From contig CAVUSO010000001.1 in NCBI GenBank assembly GCA_963744145.1, positions 1,152,001-1,216,000 of the forward strand: a stretch of 64,000 nt of DNA, given 5' to 3'. The notes beneath the pieces were generated by a model. That model had not been told where the DNA came from and ran no database searches. It was given only the letters and a program-made list of their open reading frames with translations. The position numbers and the translations under genes are program-made. The stretch comes from an uncultured cyanobacterium (GTDB taxonomy: Bacteria > Cyanobacteriota > Cyanobacteriia > Cyanobacteriales > CAWUOF01). This document shows positions 51,332 to 61,491 of this stretch, one piece after another (position 1 is the stretch's first letter; each line of letters starts with the position of its first letter).

Positions 51332-52495
51332 TTATAAATTACCTGATGATTTAATCACAGTTAGCAATTGATCTACTGTATGTTTCCAGGTAAAACGCTC
51401 AGAAACAAACTTAGGACCTGCATGATGAGCATTTTGCCCAAAACTTGGTTGTTCAATTACCTGTAACATTAGAGCAATTAAATGATCGACATTGGGGTTT
51501 AGATAAAATCTGGTTTGATCATCGATGATTGATGATTCTAGTTTACTCTCGATCGCTAAAGCAAACTCTGGATCGGTAAAATCATCAGTGGAACTACCTT
51601 GAGTAGAAATAACTGGTAAACCACAAGCGATCGCTTCTAATACTGGTAAATTAAATCCTGCTCCTAAATGGGGGGAAACATAAGCATCGGCAATTTGATA
51701 TAAACGCGCCATTTCTGAAAATGCGAGATGATTACCAATATATAATATATGAGACATTACCTGATTGAGCTGACGATCAGAAAAAAGGGTTTTACCTACA
51801 GTTAAGAGACATTCTTTATAAGAGTAGAAATTATCTAAGCCTTTAAAAATTAACCTGGCTTGGGGATATTTGTCAACAACTACGGCAAAAGCTTTCAATA
51901 ATGGAGTAATTCCTTTGACAGAAATCATCCCACCAATATTCAAAAAAACAAAATTATTCTCCAAGTTAAATTCTTGACGTAATATCTTTCGTTGATCTTC
52001 AGCTAAAGGTTGATAGATACTGGGATCTACTCCTAACGGAATAACTACCACTCGATCGGCTTGGGCTCCACTCCGAATAAATCCTTGTCGCGACCATTGA
52101 GAAGGAGTAATAATGATGATATCCAAATTATGATGAACTTCTGCTAAAGAAGAAATATTTAATTCTTCCATTCGGAATTTTTCAAAAACTCCCCATTCTG
52201 TTGTACCAAATATATAAGTTCTTTTACTATTAGATGGGGTAAAATTATAAGGCCAAAAAATTCGATAAGTTGCCTCACTGCTACAATTTGGAGGAGGAGC
52301 TTTAATTTGTTTTAAAGTAATTTCTGCTGTTTCTGGAAATAATCCCGTGATGGATTGCCAATGTTCTTTCCAATAGGGTACATCTTGATGATAAAGTTCT
52401 AAATCCGGATGTTTGAGCATTTCTAAAAGCTGGAATTGGTTAACAATTGCATAGGATTGGGAAAGAAAACGCCATCCTTCAATAATAATTTGCAT
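51332..52495 (-). CDS. Glycosyltransferase family 4 (GT-B)
   Basis: VIPLGVD, KG motif, GFNLPVLEAIACGLPVI. Confidence 0.9.
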   Translation of the reverse strand: MQIIIEGWRFLSQSYAIVNQFQLLEMLKHPDLELYHQDVPYWKEHWQSITGLFPETAEITLKQIKAPPPNCSSEATYRIFWPYNFTPSNSKRTYIFGTTEWGVFEKFRMEELNISSLAEVHHNLDIIIITPSQWSRQGFIRSGAQADRVVVIPLGVDPSIYQPLAEDQRKILRQEFNLENNFVFLNIGGMISVKGITPLLKAFAVVVDKYPQARLIFKGLDNFYSYKECLLTVGKTLFSDRQLNQVMSHILYIGNHLAFSEMARLYQIADAYVSPHLGAGFNLPVLEAIACGLPVISTQGSSTDDFTDPEFALAIESKLESSIIDDQTRFYLNPNVDHLIALMLQVIEQPSFGQNAHHAGPKFVSERFTWKHTVDQLLTVIKSSGNL

Positions 52496-52513
52496 ATCAT
52501 TATTTAGATATTA

Positions 52514-53278
52514 TTAATTTCCCAAAGGTTGTTGAGTAGGTATCCCCACAGCACGAGGAAATAGAACTGAGGTGGGGGCAATTTTTCGCAAAAATAAACA
52601 ATGCCTGACACTATTGCTAATTGGTGTAGTAAAATCTTCAATATGTTCGATCGCACCACCTAATTTTTCCACAGCCGATCGCAAAGCAATAGTTTCTGTT
52701 TCCGTCCAATGACCACGATAAAGAATGGCTAAACCACCAACCTTTAATAAAGGTAGCGCATATTCAGCACAAATATTAGCAGGTGCCACAGCTCTAATTA
52801 AAGCTAGATCATAACTTTCCCGGTAAGCTGGATCTTGACCAAACTCCTCAACTCTACCAGTCACTGCGATCGCCCGTTCAATTTCTAAAGTAGTTAATAA
52901 ACTTTGGACAAAGGCAATTTTTTTACGAGTTGAATCAAGGAGAGTCACTGTAGCATCAGGAAAAGCGATCGCTACCGGAATTCCTGGAAAACCACATCCA
53001 GTGCCAATATCAACTATATTAGCAACAGTAAATTTGGGAACAGCTCCGGAAAAAACTCCTCGTAAAGAATCCCATAAATGTTTCTCCCAAAACTCTTCTG
53101 GTGCTGTAATCCGAGTTAAATTTAACTGCTGATTTCCTTGCAAAATTAACTCATAAAGTAATTGAAATTGACATTGTTCAACCTGACTCGGTTGCCAATG
53201 TAAAGTCTCTTGCCAGACTGCAACTAAATCTGGTAAGATCGGCATATTTACTTTCATTGTTGGCATTCTAATTATCAT
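52514..53278 (-). CDS. rsmG: 16S rRNA m7G527 methyltransferase
   Basis: LNLTRI...KHLWDS...DIGTGCGFPGIP...RAVA; exact start uncertain. Confidence 0.95.
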   Translation of the reverse strand: MIIRMPTMKVNMPILPDLVAVWQETLHWQPSQVEQCQFQLLYELILQGNQQLNLTRITAPEEFWEKHLWDSLRGVFSGAVPKFTVANIVDIGTGCGFPGIPVAIAFPDATVTLLDSTRKKIAFVQSLLTTLEIERAIAVTGRVEEFGQDPAYRESYDLALIRAVAPANICAEYALPLLKVGGLAILYRGHWTETETIALRSAVEKLGGAIEHIEDFTTPISNSVRHCLFLRKIAPTSVLFPRAVGIPTQQPLGN

Positions 53279-53286
53279 CCTCCAGG

Positions 53287-53961
53287 TTATAAAACCACAG
53301 CCGAAAGTTGATCATTAATCGCGATTTGATCAGCCGCAACCGATCGCAAGACCCCATGATTAAGAGTCCAACAACAATCAGCAATATTCAACAAATCTCC
53401 AGCATCGTGAGTTACCACTAATAGACTCCAGTGATTTTTTAATTTAGACAGTAAATTTACCAATTGCTTCCGCATTGACCAATCTAAACCTGCGGTTGGC
53501 TCATCTAACAATAATAAATGAGGTTGACGAATTAACTGTACTGCTAAAGCCAAACGACGCTGTTGTCCACCACTCAAAGACAAAGGAGAAGTCTGTAAAG
53601 GTAGATCAGCTAAACCAACTTCTAACAAAGCTTCATGGACTTGATCTGCACCTAACTCCGGATGACCAAGACGTAATTCCTCTAAAATTGTCCCACCGCA
53701 AAAATGACGTTCGGGAAACTGAAAAACTAACCCTCCTAACTGTTGTAAGTGTTCGGGAGTAAGTTCTTGCTCTCTCCAAGAAATTTCACCGTCAGTTTTT
53801 GCCGCCAGTCCAGCTAAAATTTCCAGTAAGGTACTTTTTCCAGAACCACTAGGTCCAATGATTAGACCCATTTGTTGAGATGCAAGTTCTAAGTTAATTC
53901 CTTTTAAAATTGCAGTAGTGACAGCAGGAGGATGATAAACCAAATTTTTCAGATAGAGCAT
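53287..53961 (-). CDS. ABC/ECF-type transporter ATP-binding protein
   Basis: GPSGSGKST, VFQFPE, LSGGQ, LLDEPT. Confidence 0.92.
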   Translation of the reverse strand: MLYLKNLVYHPPAVTTAILKGINLELASQQMGLIIGPSGSGKSTLLEILAGLAAKTDGEISWREQELTPEHLQQLGGLVFQFPERHFCGGTILEELRLGHPELGADQVHEALLEVGLADLPLQTSPLSLSGGQQRRLALAVQLIRQPHLLLLDEPTAGLDWSMRKQLVNLLSKLKNHWSLLVVTHDAGDLLNIADCCWTLNHGVLRSVAADQIAINDQLSAVVL

Positions 53962-54131
53962 TCGGATTAATTAGGGCTGATCCTGTATGAATTTTGGCAC
54001 AATTAGGCGATCGCTAAAAATCATGCCCGGAACTGACCACAGCCGATCGCGTCAAAAGGCAAGAAAACTATTTCCCACTTTGGCATAATCTGAATTATTC
54101 AGCAAAAAATTAGTTTAACCTTAGTGAACCT

Positions 54132-55187
54132 GTGACCAATTCTCCTCTTACCCTACGGACTACAAAAATGAAACTTGGTCAAATCGCTAGTGTCATCGTC
54201 GCGATCGCTTGCTGGATGAGTCCCGCTTGCGCCCAAGACCCATTCCGTGACACCAACCCGAAACCAATCGGCGATCATACAGAGGCTGCTTTCAAAGCTA
54301 TGTTTGTGGATGGAGACTATCGATCAGCCACAAATCTGGTGCAACAAGCTCAATCTAGTGAACCGAATGAGCCTTTAAATTATGCTTTACAAGCATCATT
54401 AGCTTATATGCAAGGAGACATTAGTTCTTTGGCTCAATATGCTAACCAAACTTTGGCAACTGCGACACAACTCAACGCTAATGATCCCTTACGAAGTAAT
54501 CTTTATATTGCGGTTGGTCATGCTTTAGAAGCTGGCTATCTGATTACTAAAGATGGCACTGTCAAAGGTGTTCCCGAGGCTTTGAGTAAACTCAACGAAG
54601 TCTTTGACTCATTAGACGTTGCATCAGGGATTAATTCTAAAGATCCAGAGCTAAATTTACTCAAAGGTTACATGGATTTACTTTTAGGCATTTATTTACC
54701 TTTTACCAATCCTGGTAAGGGAATACAACAACTACAAACCGATGCCGGTCCCCGCTATTTGGCTAATCGAGGTATTGCTTTAGGATATCGGGATTTGAAA
54801 CAATATGATCAAGCCTTACAATTTGTTAACCAAGCTTTAGTAGATACTCCCAATAATCCGGAAGTGCTATATCTCAAAGCCCAAATTCTGGTTAAACAAG
54901 GTAACCTAGATCAAGCTAAGGATTATTTCCAAACTGCTTTAACTAAATCTGAGCAACTCCCCAAACTTTTAGTAGCACAAATATTCTATGAACAGTGCCG
55001 GAACCAACGCGATTTAGACAAAAAACCTCGGGATTGCCCTAGTTTATTGAATCAAATCAAACAAGGACCTGGTTCATGGGGACAAGTACCCTCCCCCAAT
55101 TATAAAACTAGGTTAGGAACGTTGTCCGGTGACAATATAATATACTCGTTGACCAATATTAGTCGCATGATCGGCCATTCGCTCTAA
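54132..55187 (+). CDS. Sll0314/Alr1548-like secreted TPR protein
   Basis: Signal peptide then DPFR...IGDHTEAAF; DPELNLLKGYMDL; RGIALGYRDLK. Confidence 0.75.
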   Translation: MTNSPLTLRTTKMKLGQIASVIVAIACWMSPACAQDPFRDTNPKPIGDHTEAAFKAMFVDGDYRSATNLVQQAQSSEPNEPLNYALQASLAYMQGDISSLAQYANQTLATATQLNANDPLRSNLYIAVGHALEAGYLITKDGTVKGVPEALSKLNEVFDSLDVASGINSKDPELNLLKGYMDLLLGIYLPFTNPGKGIQQLQTDAGPRYLANRGIALGYRDLKQYDQALQFVNQALVDTPNNPEVLYLKAQILVKQGNLDQAKDYFQTALTKSEQLPKLLVAQIFYEQCRNQRDLDKKPRDCPSLLNQIKQGPGSWGQVPSPNYKTRLGTLSGDNIIYSLTNISRMIGHSL

Positions 55188-55781
55188 GTGACGAATGACT
55201 AAGACCATGAGTAAGATTGGTTCAACCACACCTTGGATATCGCGCTGTTGGGCTAAAGTGCGATAAAGTGTTTCGTAGGCTGTGTCCACCGTATCATCTT
55301 CTCGTTTAATCTGCTGACCTGCTTCCCCATCTAAATCAGCTAGTGATGCTAAACTCATAGCCAGCATCGCTTGAGCTTGATGGGACATATCCTCAACCTG
55401 GTCTATATAAGGCGAAATTGGATAAGGGAACAGTTTAATCGCGATTTCGGCTAAGTCTTTAGCATAATCACCAATTCTTTCTAAATCACGGACTAGCTGC
55501 ATAAAAGCACTTAATTGACGTAAATCTTTTGGTGCTGCGTCTGGGAGTGTCATTAATCCAGCACAGTCTAATTCAATTTGACGATAAAATTTATCAATTT
55601 TTTTATCTAAGGCAGCAATTTGTTGTGCTGCAACTAAGTCACGCTGAAATAGGGATTGATGACCCAAACGAAAGGAATTTTCTACCAATGCACCCATCCG
55701 CAACACATCTCGCGCTAAACGCTTGATTTGTCGCTCAACGTGAGTTGGCTCAGGACTGCTAGTCGAAGAGTAATAATTCAC
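55113..55781 (-). CDS. phoU: Phosphate signalling complex protein PhoU (SphU)
   Basis: DLERIGDY and HLERMADHATNI; GTG start inferred. Confidence 0.93.
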   Translation of the reverse strand: MNYYSSTSSPEPTHVERQIKRLARDVLRMGALVENSFRLGHQSLFQRDLVAAQQIAALDKKIDKFYRQIELDCAGLMTLPDAAPKDLRQLSAFMQLVRDLERIGDYAKDLAEIAIKLFPYPISPYIDQVEDMSHQAQAMLAMSLASLADLDGEAGQQIKREDDTVDTAYETLYRTLAQQRDIQGVVEPILLMVLVIRHLERMADHATNIGQRVYYIVTGQRS

Positions 55782-55854
55782 CCCAAATATTTCAAAATAA
55801 AAGTTCTCATATACTAATATCGCTTTAATTTTTCTAAATTTTGATAATTTCAGG

Positions 55855-57192
55855 TTAACTTTTTGGTAATTCAATTTGCACCCATGCTCCACCAGTTTCT
55901 GGGTGATTGCGTGCTTTGATCGACCCTCCGTGGGCGCGGACGATTTGTTGGACGATCGCTAAACCTAGACCACTCCCAGAACTAAAATTATTCGGGGTTT
56001 CCTCGGCTAAGGTATTTAATGATAAATGGGAATCTCCAGCAGTCGGATCTCGCGATCGGGATTGATCTCCACGATAAAATCTGTCAAATACCCTTGGTAA
56101 ATCAGTTTCGAGAAAACCAATCCCCGAGTCAATCACATTAATCTGAATGTATTGTCTTCCTCCTTTTGTTTCTGGACTAGACCGTTCTGAGGGAGAAACA
56201 ATACTGACTTTAACCTGGATCTGCTGCTGGGAACTATATTTAATACTATTATCTAATAAATTGAGAAAAACTCGGTACAATCGGGATTCATCCCCTTGGA
56301 CCCACACTGCATCTGGACCAGAATAAATTAAATTTAGTTCTTTTTTATGGGCTAAGGGCTCTAAGGTTTGCCAGACACTATTAATTAGCGATCGCAGTTC
56401 CAGGGACTTAGTATTGAGGGTGTGAACTGGAGTAATTTCAATTTGTCTGAGTTCGAGTAAATCTTGGACTAAATTAATTAACCGATTTACTTCCACCATG
56501 AGACGATTGGCCCAAGTTTGCCAGGGAGGTTCTAAGTGAGTCTGTAAAGCTTCTACTACTAAGCGAATCGAAGTCAGAGGTGTTTTAAATTCGTGGGCTA
56601 AATCAGAAACCCAGCGATCGCGAGCTTGAGCTAATTCAATCATAGCTTGTCGATTTTCTAGAAAAACCCCTACCTCTCCTTGGGGCAATGGCCATCCGTA
56701 ACCTTTTAATGTTAAAGCTGGGGGAGTACCAATCGCTTCGGTACTCGAATAAGCTGGATGAAAGACCCACTCTCGTTCACAGGGTTGTTGTTGCTGACGA
56801 GTATTTTCAATTAATTCATCTAATTCGTAGGATCGGACTAACTCCAACAACAATCGTAATTGTCCCGGTTCCCAGCGTTGGATATTTAATATTTGTCTGG
56901 CCCGTTGATTGCACCAGAGGAGCTGATTTTCTTCATCTAAAATCAAATAACCGATTGGCGCAACTTGGAGGATCGATTGCCAAGTTTGGACTTGCTCCGT
57001 CAATTGTTTTTGTTGCTGATTACTTAAAGTAATCCCACGTCGTAAACGACTCAATAGAGGTAGAGAAACTTCCGTAACTTCAGTATGCCAAGCTCCGAGA
57101 ATTTTCCTTAGTTTCATCCGATACCAATAGTGGCACCCTAGGCAAAATCCGATGCCTAAAGTTAGTCCTAAAAAAAATGGGACTAAGGCCAT
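55855..57192 (-). CDS. sphS: Phosphate sensor histidine kinase (PhoR/SphS)
   Basis: AHEFKTPLT, NLLDNSIKY, DSGIG, FDRFY, GLGL; lies between the regulator and phoU. Confidence 0.88.
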   Translation of the reverse strand: MALVPFFLGLTLGIGFCLGCHYWYRMKLRKILGAWHTEVTEVSLPLLSRLRRGITLSNQQQKQLTEQVQTWQSILQVAPIGYLILDEENQLLWCNQRARQILNIQRWEPGQLRLLLELVRSYELDELIENTRQQQQPCEREWVFHPAYSSTEAIGTPPALTLKGYGWPLPQGEVGVFLENRQAMIELAQARDRWVSDLAHEFKTPLTSIRLVVEALQTHLEPPWQTWANRLMVEVNRLINLVQDLLELRQIEITPVHTLNTKSLELRSLINSVWQTLEPLAHKKELNLIYSGPDAVWVQGDESRLYRVFLNLLDNSIKYSSQQQIQVKVSIVSPSERSSPETKGGRQYIQINVIDSGIGFLETDLPRVFDRFYRGDQSRSRDPTAGDSHLSLNTLAEETPNNFSSGSGLGLAIVQQIVRAHGGSIKARNHPETGGAWVQIELPKS

Positions 57193-57248
57193 TTTTATTC
57201 CTCATCCAGCATTCAGCTTAGTAGTTAAGTCTTAATTCAGATTAACAA

Positions 57249-58019
57249 CTAACCTAACCGATAGCCAAAACCTCGTACTGTAATTATATATTCTGGTTGG
57301 CTGGGATCAATTTCAATTTTCTCGCGCAACCAACGAATATGGACATCGACGGTTTTGCTGTCACCAATAAAATCTGTACCCCAGACTTGATCTAGTAACT
57401 GATCCCGCGACCAGACTCGACGGGGATAAGTCATAAATAGCTCTAGCATCCGAAATTCTTTAGGGGAAAGATGTACTTCTTCCCCACGAGCTAAAACTCG
57501 ACATTCTTGAGGATAAAGAACTAACCCTTTAAATTGTAGTGTTACCTGTTGAGATAAATTGCCCAACCGTTGACGTCGCAATAAGGCTCGACATCTAGCA
57601 ATTAACTCACGCATACTAAAAGGTTTGGTCAGATAGTCATCTGCTCCTACCTCTAAACCCAATACTCGATCAGTCTCTGTTCCTTTGGCACTGAGGATGA
57701 GGATCGGTACAGGATTTCCTTGAAACCGTAACAAACGACACAGATCCAGACCATTAACTTGGGGGATCATTAAATCCAAGATAATTAGATCAAATCCGTT
57801 TTCCATTTGACGTGGATCGCTATTCTGTAGCAAGTTTAAGGCACTACGTCCGTTGTTGGCTGTAGCAACTTCAAAACCCTCTTCCTTCAAAGACATAGAA
57901 ATCATTTCGCGAATAATGTCTTCATCTTCAACTAACAACAGCCGATTGACTTGGGCTACTTCTGGTCCAAAAGGGTTCTCTACAGCATCATAATCCTTCA
58001 TCCCACCATTGATTGGCAT
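57249..58019 (-). CDS. sphR: OmpR/PhoB-family response regulator (SphR)
   Basis: Receiver plus KTVDVHIRWLREK...TVRGFGY winged helix; gene context. Confidence 0.88.
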   Translation of the reverse strand: MPINGGMKDYDAVENPFGPEVAQVNRLLLVEDEDIIREMISMSLKEEGFEVATANNGRSALNLLQNSDPRQMENGFDLIILDLMIPQVNGLDLCRLLRFQGNPVPILILSAKGTETDRVLGLEVGADDYLTKPFSMRELIARCRALLRRQRLGNLSQQVTLQFKGLVLYPQECRVLARGEEVHLSPKEFRMLELFMTYPRRVWSRDQLLDQVWGTDFIGDSKTVDVHIRWLREKIEIDPSQPEYIITVRGFGYRLG

Positions 58020-58412
58020 CTGAGATCGGGAAAGATACTGCTCGTTGCATATTCAGTTTGAGCAGATGATTTTATTAATGTCATGCCATAAACCCCTTAA
58101 TTCCATTCTCAATTTAAACCTAAAAACCAAAATATATCCGGACCAGAACTAAAAATTTGCTTTTATGTTTTGGATGGGCATCTAGCAAAATTCATTTGCG
58201 CTCTCTGGTATTATAGTATGCTAGGGTGAAAAACTAATCATAAATACTCATTGCTGTCACCCAGTAAACGAGAAAATCTGCCCCAATCTACCTACTGCTA
58301 ATCGCTTTTTCCCCAGATTTATCTAAATTTTTGTACCAGTACCAATTAAAGCATCTTCAGTGATGGCTGTCAGCAGACGATTGACCTCTCCCCCAGCCCC
58401 TCTCCTAAAAGG

Positions 58413-58824
58413 CTACGGTGTACACACAAGTTGAGATAGAGTCAGGAGGGAAGGGAAGTAAGGAGAAAAAAGTAGTGGAAAATCCAATTTTAATTCATGT
58501 GCAACAATGTCAGGGAACAGCATTCCCAGACCCAAGACGGGGAAAAAGAGGGGCTTCATTGTATACAGCGATGGCACAACATCAATCAGTAAATATTCGG
58601 AAAATCAGTAAAAATCGAGCCGAGCAAGTTGGATATTACCGATTTTTAGGGAATGAGAATGTAAAAACTGGAGAATTAGTCGTAAGTTGAGGAGAACATT
58701 GCACCTTACAGGTAGATGGAAAACACCAGGTCTTAGCGATAGCGTGATAGTAGTGAAATTAACTTACAGTCTCACAAAGGGAGATTAAAATCCGAGGGAA
58801 TTGGAGTAGTAGGAAACAATAAAG
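58413..58824 (+). mobile_element. IS4-family (IS50/Tn5-like) left end with broken transposase
   Basis: End CTACGGTGTACACACAAGT; FPDPRRGKRG...GYYRFLGNENV, stop and frameshifts, then SEINLQSHKGRL...GVVGNNK; truncated. Confidence 0.7.
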
Positions 58825-59023
58825 GATTAATTATCCTCAATTTATTAACTCACTGTTAACTTCTCTTACTCCCCATTCCCTCTTAGGGAAGGGGGCTGGG
58901 TGGTTAGGTTCTTAAATTTAATCATATTAATCACTTCACACCGATCGCTAAATCTAGGATAAAATTTATAAATAGTGTAGACTATAATTTGAGGAGATTT
59001 GAAGGAAGGAAAGAGGAAATTTT

Positions 59024-59713
59024 ATGCTTTTCCCATTTCCAGGGATGAACCCTTACCTAGAACATCCAGAAATCTGGTCAGGAGTACATCACTGGTTAAT
59101 TGTTGAACTTGCTAGGTTTATTTCTCCCTTACTGCGTCCCAAATACAGAGTCGCTGTTGAAGTGCGGATCTATGAAACTATTGGGGAACAATCGTTGCTA
59201 GTTCCCATCCCAGAAATCGTTAAACAAGGTTATTTAGAAGTGCGAGAAGTCGCTACGAGTGAAGTAATAACAGCCATTGAAATACTTTCTCCTATTAATA
59301 AACGTTCGATCGCAGCCCGTAAGCAATATGAGAGTAAACGAAATAAGGTCTTAGGCAGTTCAACTCATTTAGTGGAAATTGATTTATTGCGTCAGGGGCA
59401 ACCCATGCCAGTTTATCACAGCAATATTCAAACTCATTATCGCATTTTAGTCAGTCAAAAAAATCGTCGTCCTCAAGCTGATTTATATACCTTTAATTTA
59501 CCCGATCCTATTCCCTTATTTCCCTTAACTCTCAAGTCCGGAGATCAAGAACCCTTAATCGATTTACAATTATTATTGAATAATGTCTATGATCAAGCAA
59601 GTTATGATTTAGCCATAGATTACACTCAAGAACCAGTACCACCATTGTCAGAAGCAGATCGGATTTGGATGAATAAATTGTTGATCGAACAACAACTGCG
59701 ATCGCCCTCTTGA
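59024..59713 (+). CDS. DUF4058 family protein
   Basis: PFPGMNPYLE...IEILSPINK...HLVEIDLLR. Confidence 0.88.
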   Translation: MLFPFPGMNPYLEHPEIWSGVHHWLIVELARFISPLLRPKYRVAVEVRIYETIGEQSLLVPIPEIVKQGYLEVREVATSEVITAIEILSPINKRSIAARKQYESKRNKVLGSSTHLVEIDLLRQGQPMPVYHSNIQTHYRILVSQKNRRPQADLYTFNLPDPIPLFPLTLKSGDQEPLIDLQLLLNNVYDQASYDLAIDYTQEPVPPLSEADRIWMNKLLIEQQLRSPS

Positions 59714-59769
59714 AAATTATCCTATTATCTGTATTAATCGTGATGTTAATCTCTGGATAAATTAGCTCC

Positions 59770-60354
59770 CTACCAAATTAACGAAAGGTCTAAAATAAAT
59801 CCTGGTAAAATATCTTCTCCTGATAATGTTTTTGGATTGTCTAAGATTTCTTTTTCTCTGCCCTGACGATAAATTTCAACTTGGCGGTTTTTGCGGTTGA
59901 TTAACCAACCTAAACGAGTGCCATTGTCCAGATATTCTTGCATTTTTTCCTGTAGAGGTTTTAAAGGATCGCTGGGCGATCGCAATTCAATCACAAAATC
60001 AGGACAAATTGGTGGAAACTTCTCTTGTTGTTCAGAGGTGAGTGATTCCCATTTTGCTAAGGGTATCCACGCTGCATCGGGAGAGCGATCTGCACCATTA
60101 GGGAGTTTAAAACAAGTAGAGGAGTCAAAGACAATACCTAATTGAGTTTGTCTGTTCCACAAACCCAAATCTAGGTTAATATCTGAGTTACGTTTTCCAG
60201 TTCCTCCTCCTGTAGGTGGCATGATAATTAAGTCTCCTTTGGCTGTACGTTCTAATTTTAATTCTCGGTTGGTGATACAAAGTTGATAAAATTGCTCATC
60301 AGTAATAGGGTAAGTTTCTGGGTTGTTTAAAATATATACCGTCATATTTTTCAT
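59770..60354 (-). CDS. Uma2/DUF820 family endonuclease
   Basis: RSPDAAW...PDFVIELRSP...LGWLIN. Confidence 0.92.
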   Translation of the reverse strand: MKNMTVYILNNPETYPITDEQFYQLCITNRELKLERTAKGDLIIMPPTGGGTGKRNSDINLDLGLWNRQTQLGIVFDSSTCFKLPNGADRSPDAAWIPLAKWESLTSEQQEKFPPICPDFVIELRSPSDPLKPLQEKMQEYLDNGTRLGWLINRKNRQVEIYRQGREKEILDNPKTLSGEDILPGFILDLSLIW

Positions 60355-60430
60355 CTTCTTTATTATGGCTACAGAGGCAATAAAACATATTTTAGCACAA
60401 GTGATAACTGGATATTAATCAGAGCGATTA

Positions 60431-61066
60431 TCAATTTGGATACAAATCAATAATGCGCTTAATCACTCGCACTACATCATATAGTTCGTTCCGTTGTGGG
60501 TTAACAATGGTAAATTTCTTTGATATCGCATACTGGCGTAATTGCTGATCGAGCTTGACAAATATATAATCTTCACCATTCATGATCATCCCCAATGTAG
60601 GTATCTCAGGGTGTGGATTTGCCATCATATAAGCTAAGGTTTGGGGTAGTGCTTGTAAAACACTAAAGCTATATTGTTTAGCTTCTATTAACACGATCCA
60701 TAATAAGTTTTTGATCACCAATGTATCAATAAATCCTTCTAATATGGTGTCTCCATTTTCAATCTCTATTTTGACAAATTTCTCCCCACGAATTTTAAAT
60801 GGTGGATCGCAAAATCCCAAGAGTTCTAATAGAGGAGATAGGGTAATGATGATGACTGTGGCTTCGAGGATAAAGCCATCGGCGGCATAATAGAGGTAGC
60901 GATTTTTAATGCGATCTAGTGAGGTTTTTTCTGCCTCTGTAAGTTCAGGTAAATCATTCAGCCATTCGGTGAAGAATTGAGGATCGTTTGTTTGAGTGAT
61001 GTTGAATTTTCGTTGAGCTTCATTGAGGTTACTAATGGCTTTGGTGATGGCAATAGTTTGAGACAT
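60431..61066 (-). CDS. Type I restriction HsdR N-terminal-like nuclease-fold protein
   Basis: LSPLLELLGF...GFIDTLV...IEAK...LPQTLAYM...NG. Confidence 0.7.
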   Translation of the reverse strand: MSQTIAITKAISNLNEAQRKFNITQTNDPQFFTEWLNDLPELTEAEKTSLDRIKNRYLYYAADGFILEATVIIITLSPLLELLGFCDPPFKIRGEKFVKIEIENGDTILEGFIDTLVIKNLLWIVLIEAKQYSFSVLQALPQTLAYMMANPHPEIPTLGMIMNGEDYIFVKLDQQLRQYAISKKFTIVNPQRNELYDVVRVIKRIIDLYPN

Positions 61067-61144
61067 AATTGATCAGGTTTTGTTTTTGAATTTTAGCATC
61101 AAGGTATTTCAGCTATCTATATGTATTTTAACTTTTCGACTCCC

Positions 61145-61338
61145 CCCTGCCCAACCAACACAGATCAATCACAAGCAACTTTCACCGATCGCTATTCACC
61201 CCAAATCTGACTGTACTTAATCAGGTCATCCGCAGTAATTCATGCGAGCGCGAGTAATCAAACCTCTGGGTGAATCTGGACACCGATCGCGAGTAATCAA
61301 ACCTCTGGGTGAATCTTCGCACTATTGTACTTCATCAA
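61145..61338. repeat. Repeat cluster: partial copy of the 5940-6329 element plus a 29-bp direct duplication
   Basis: GCCCAACCAACAC and CCAAATCT.ACTGTACTT.ATCA shared with 6255-6328; CGCGAGTAATCAAACCTCTGGGTGAATCT at 61249-61277 and 61288-61316. Confidence 0.65.
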
Positions 61339-61491
61339 TCGGTCCTACGCTGTAGAATTTCTTCACATCTTTGTTTTAAAATAATCAGGTAATATTCGGT
61401 CAAAAAAAATCGATCACCGAAGGCAATGGGACTAAATAAAGAGAGAAAAATAAAGAAGCGTAAAGAGCAAAAGGGCTATCATAGCCCTTGG

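Noticed and set aside
54114..54131. Possible Pho box (TTTAACCT...GTGAACCT), and a weaker one near 58112
   Set aside because: Spacing is 10 rather than 11 bp and the second half-site is poor
61249..61316. 29-bp repeat pair as a mini-CRISPR
   Set aside because: Only two copies, a 10-nt spacer and no cas genes
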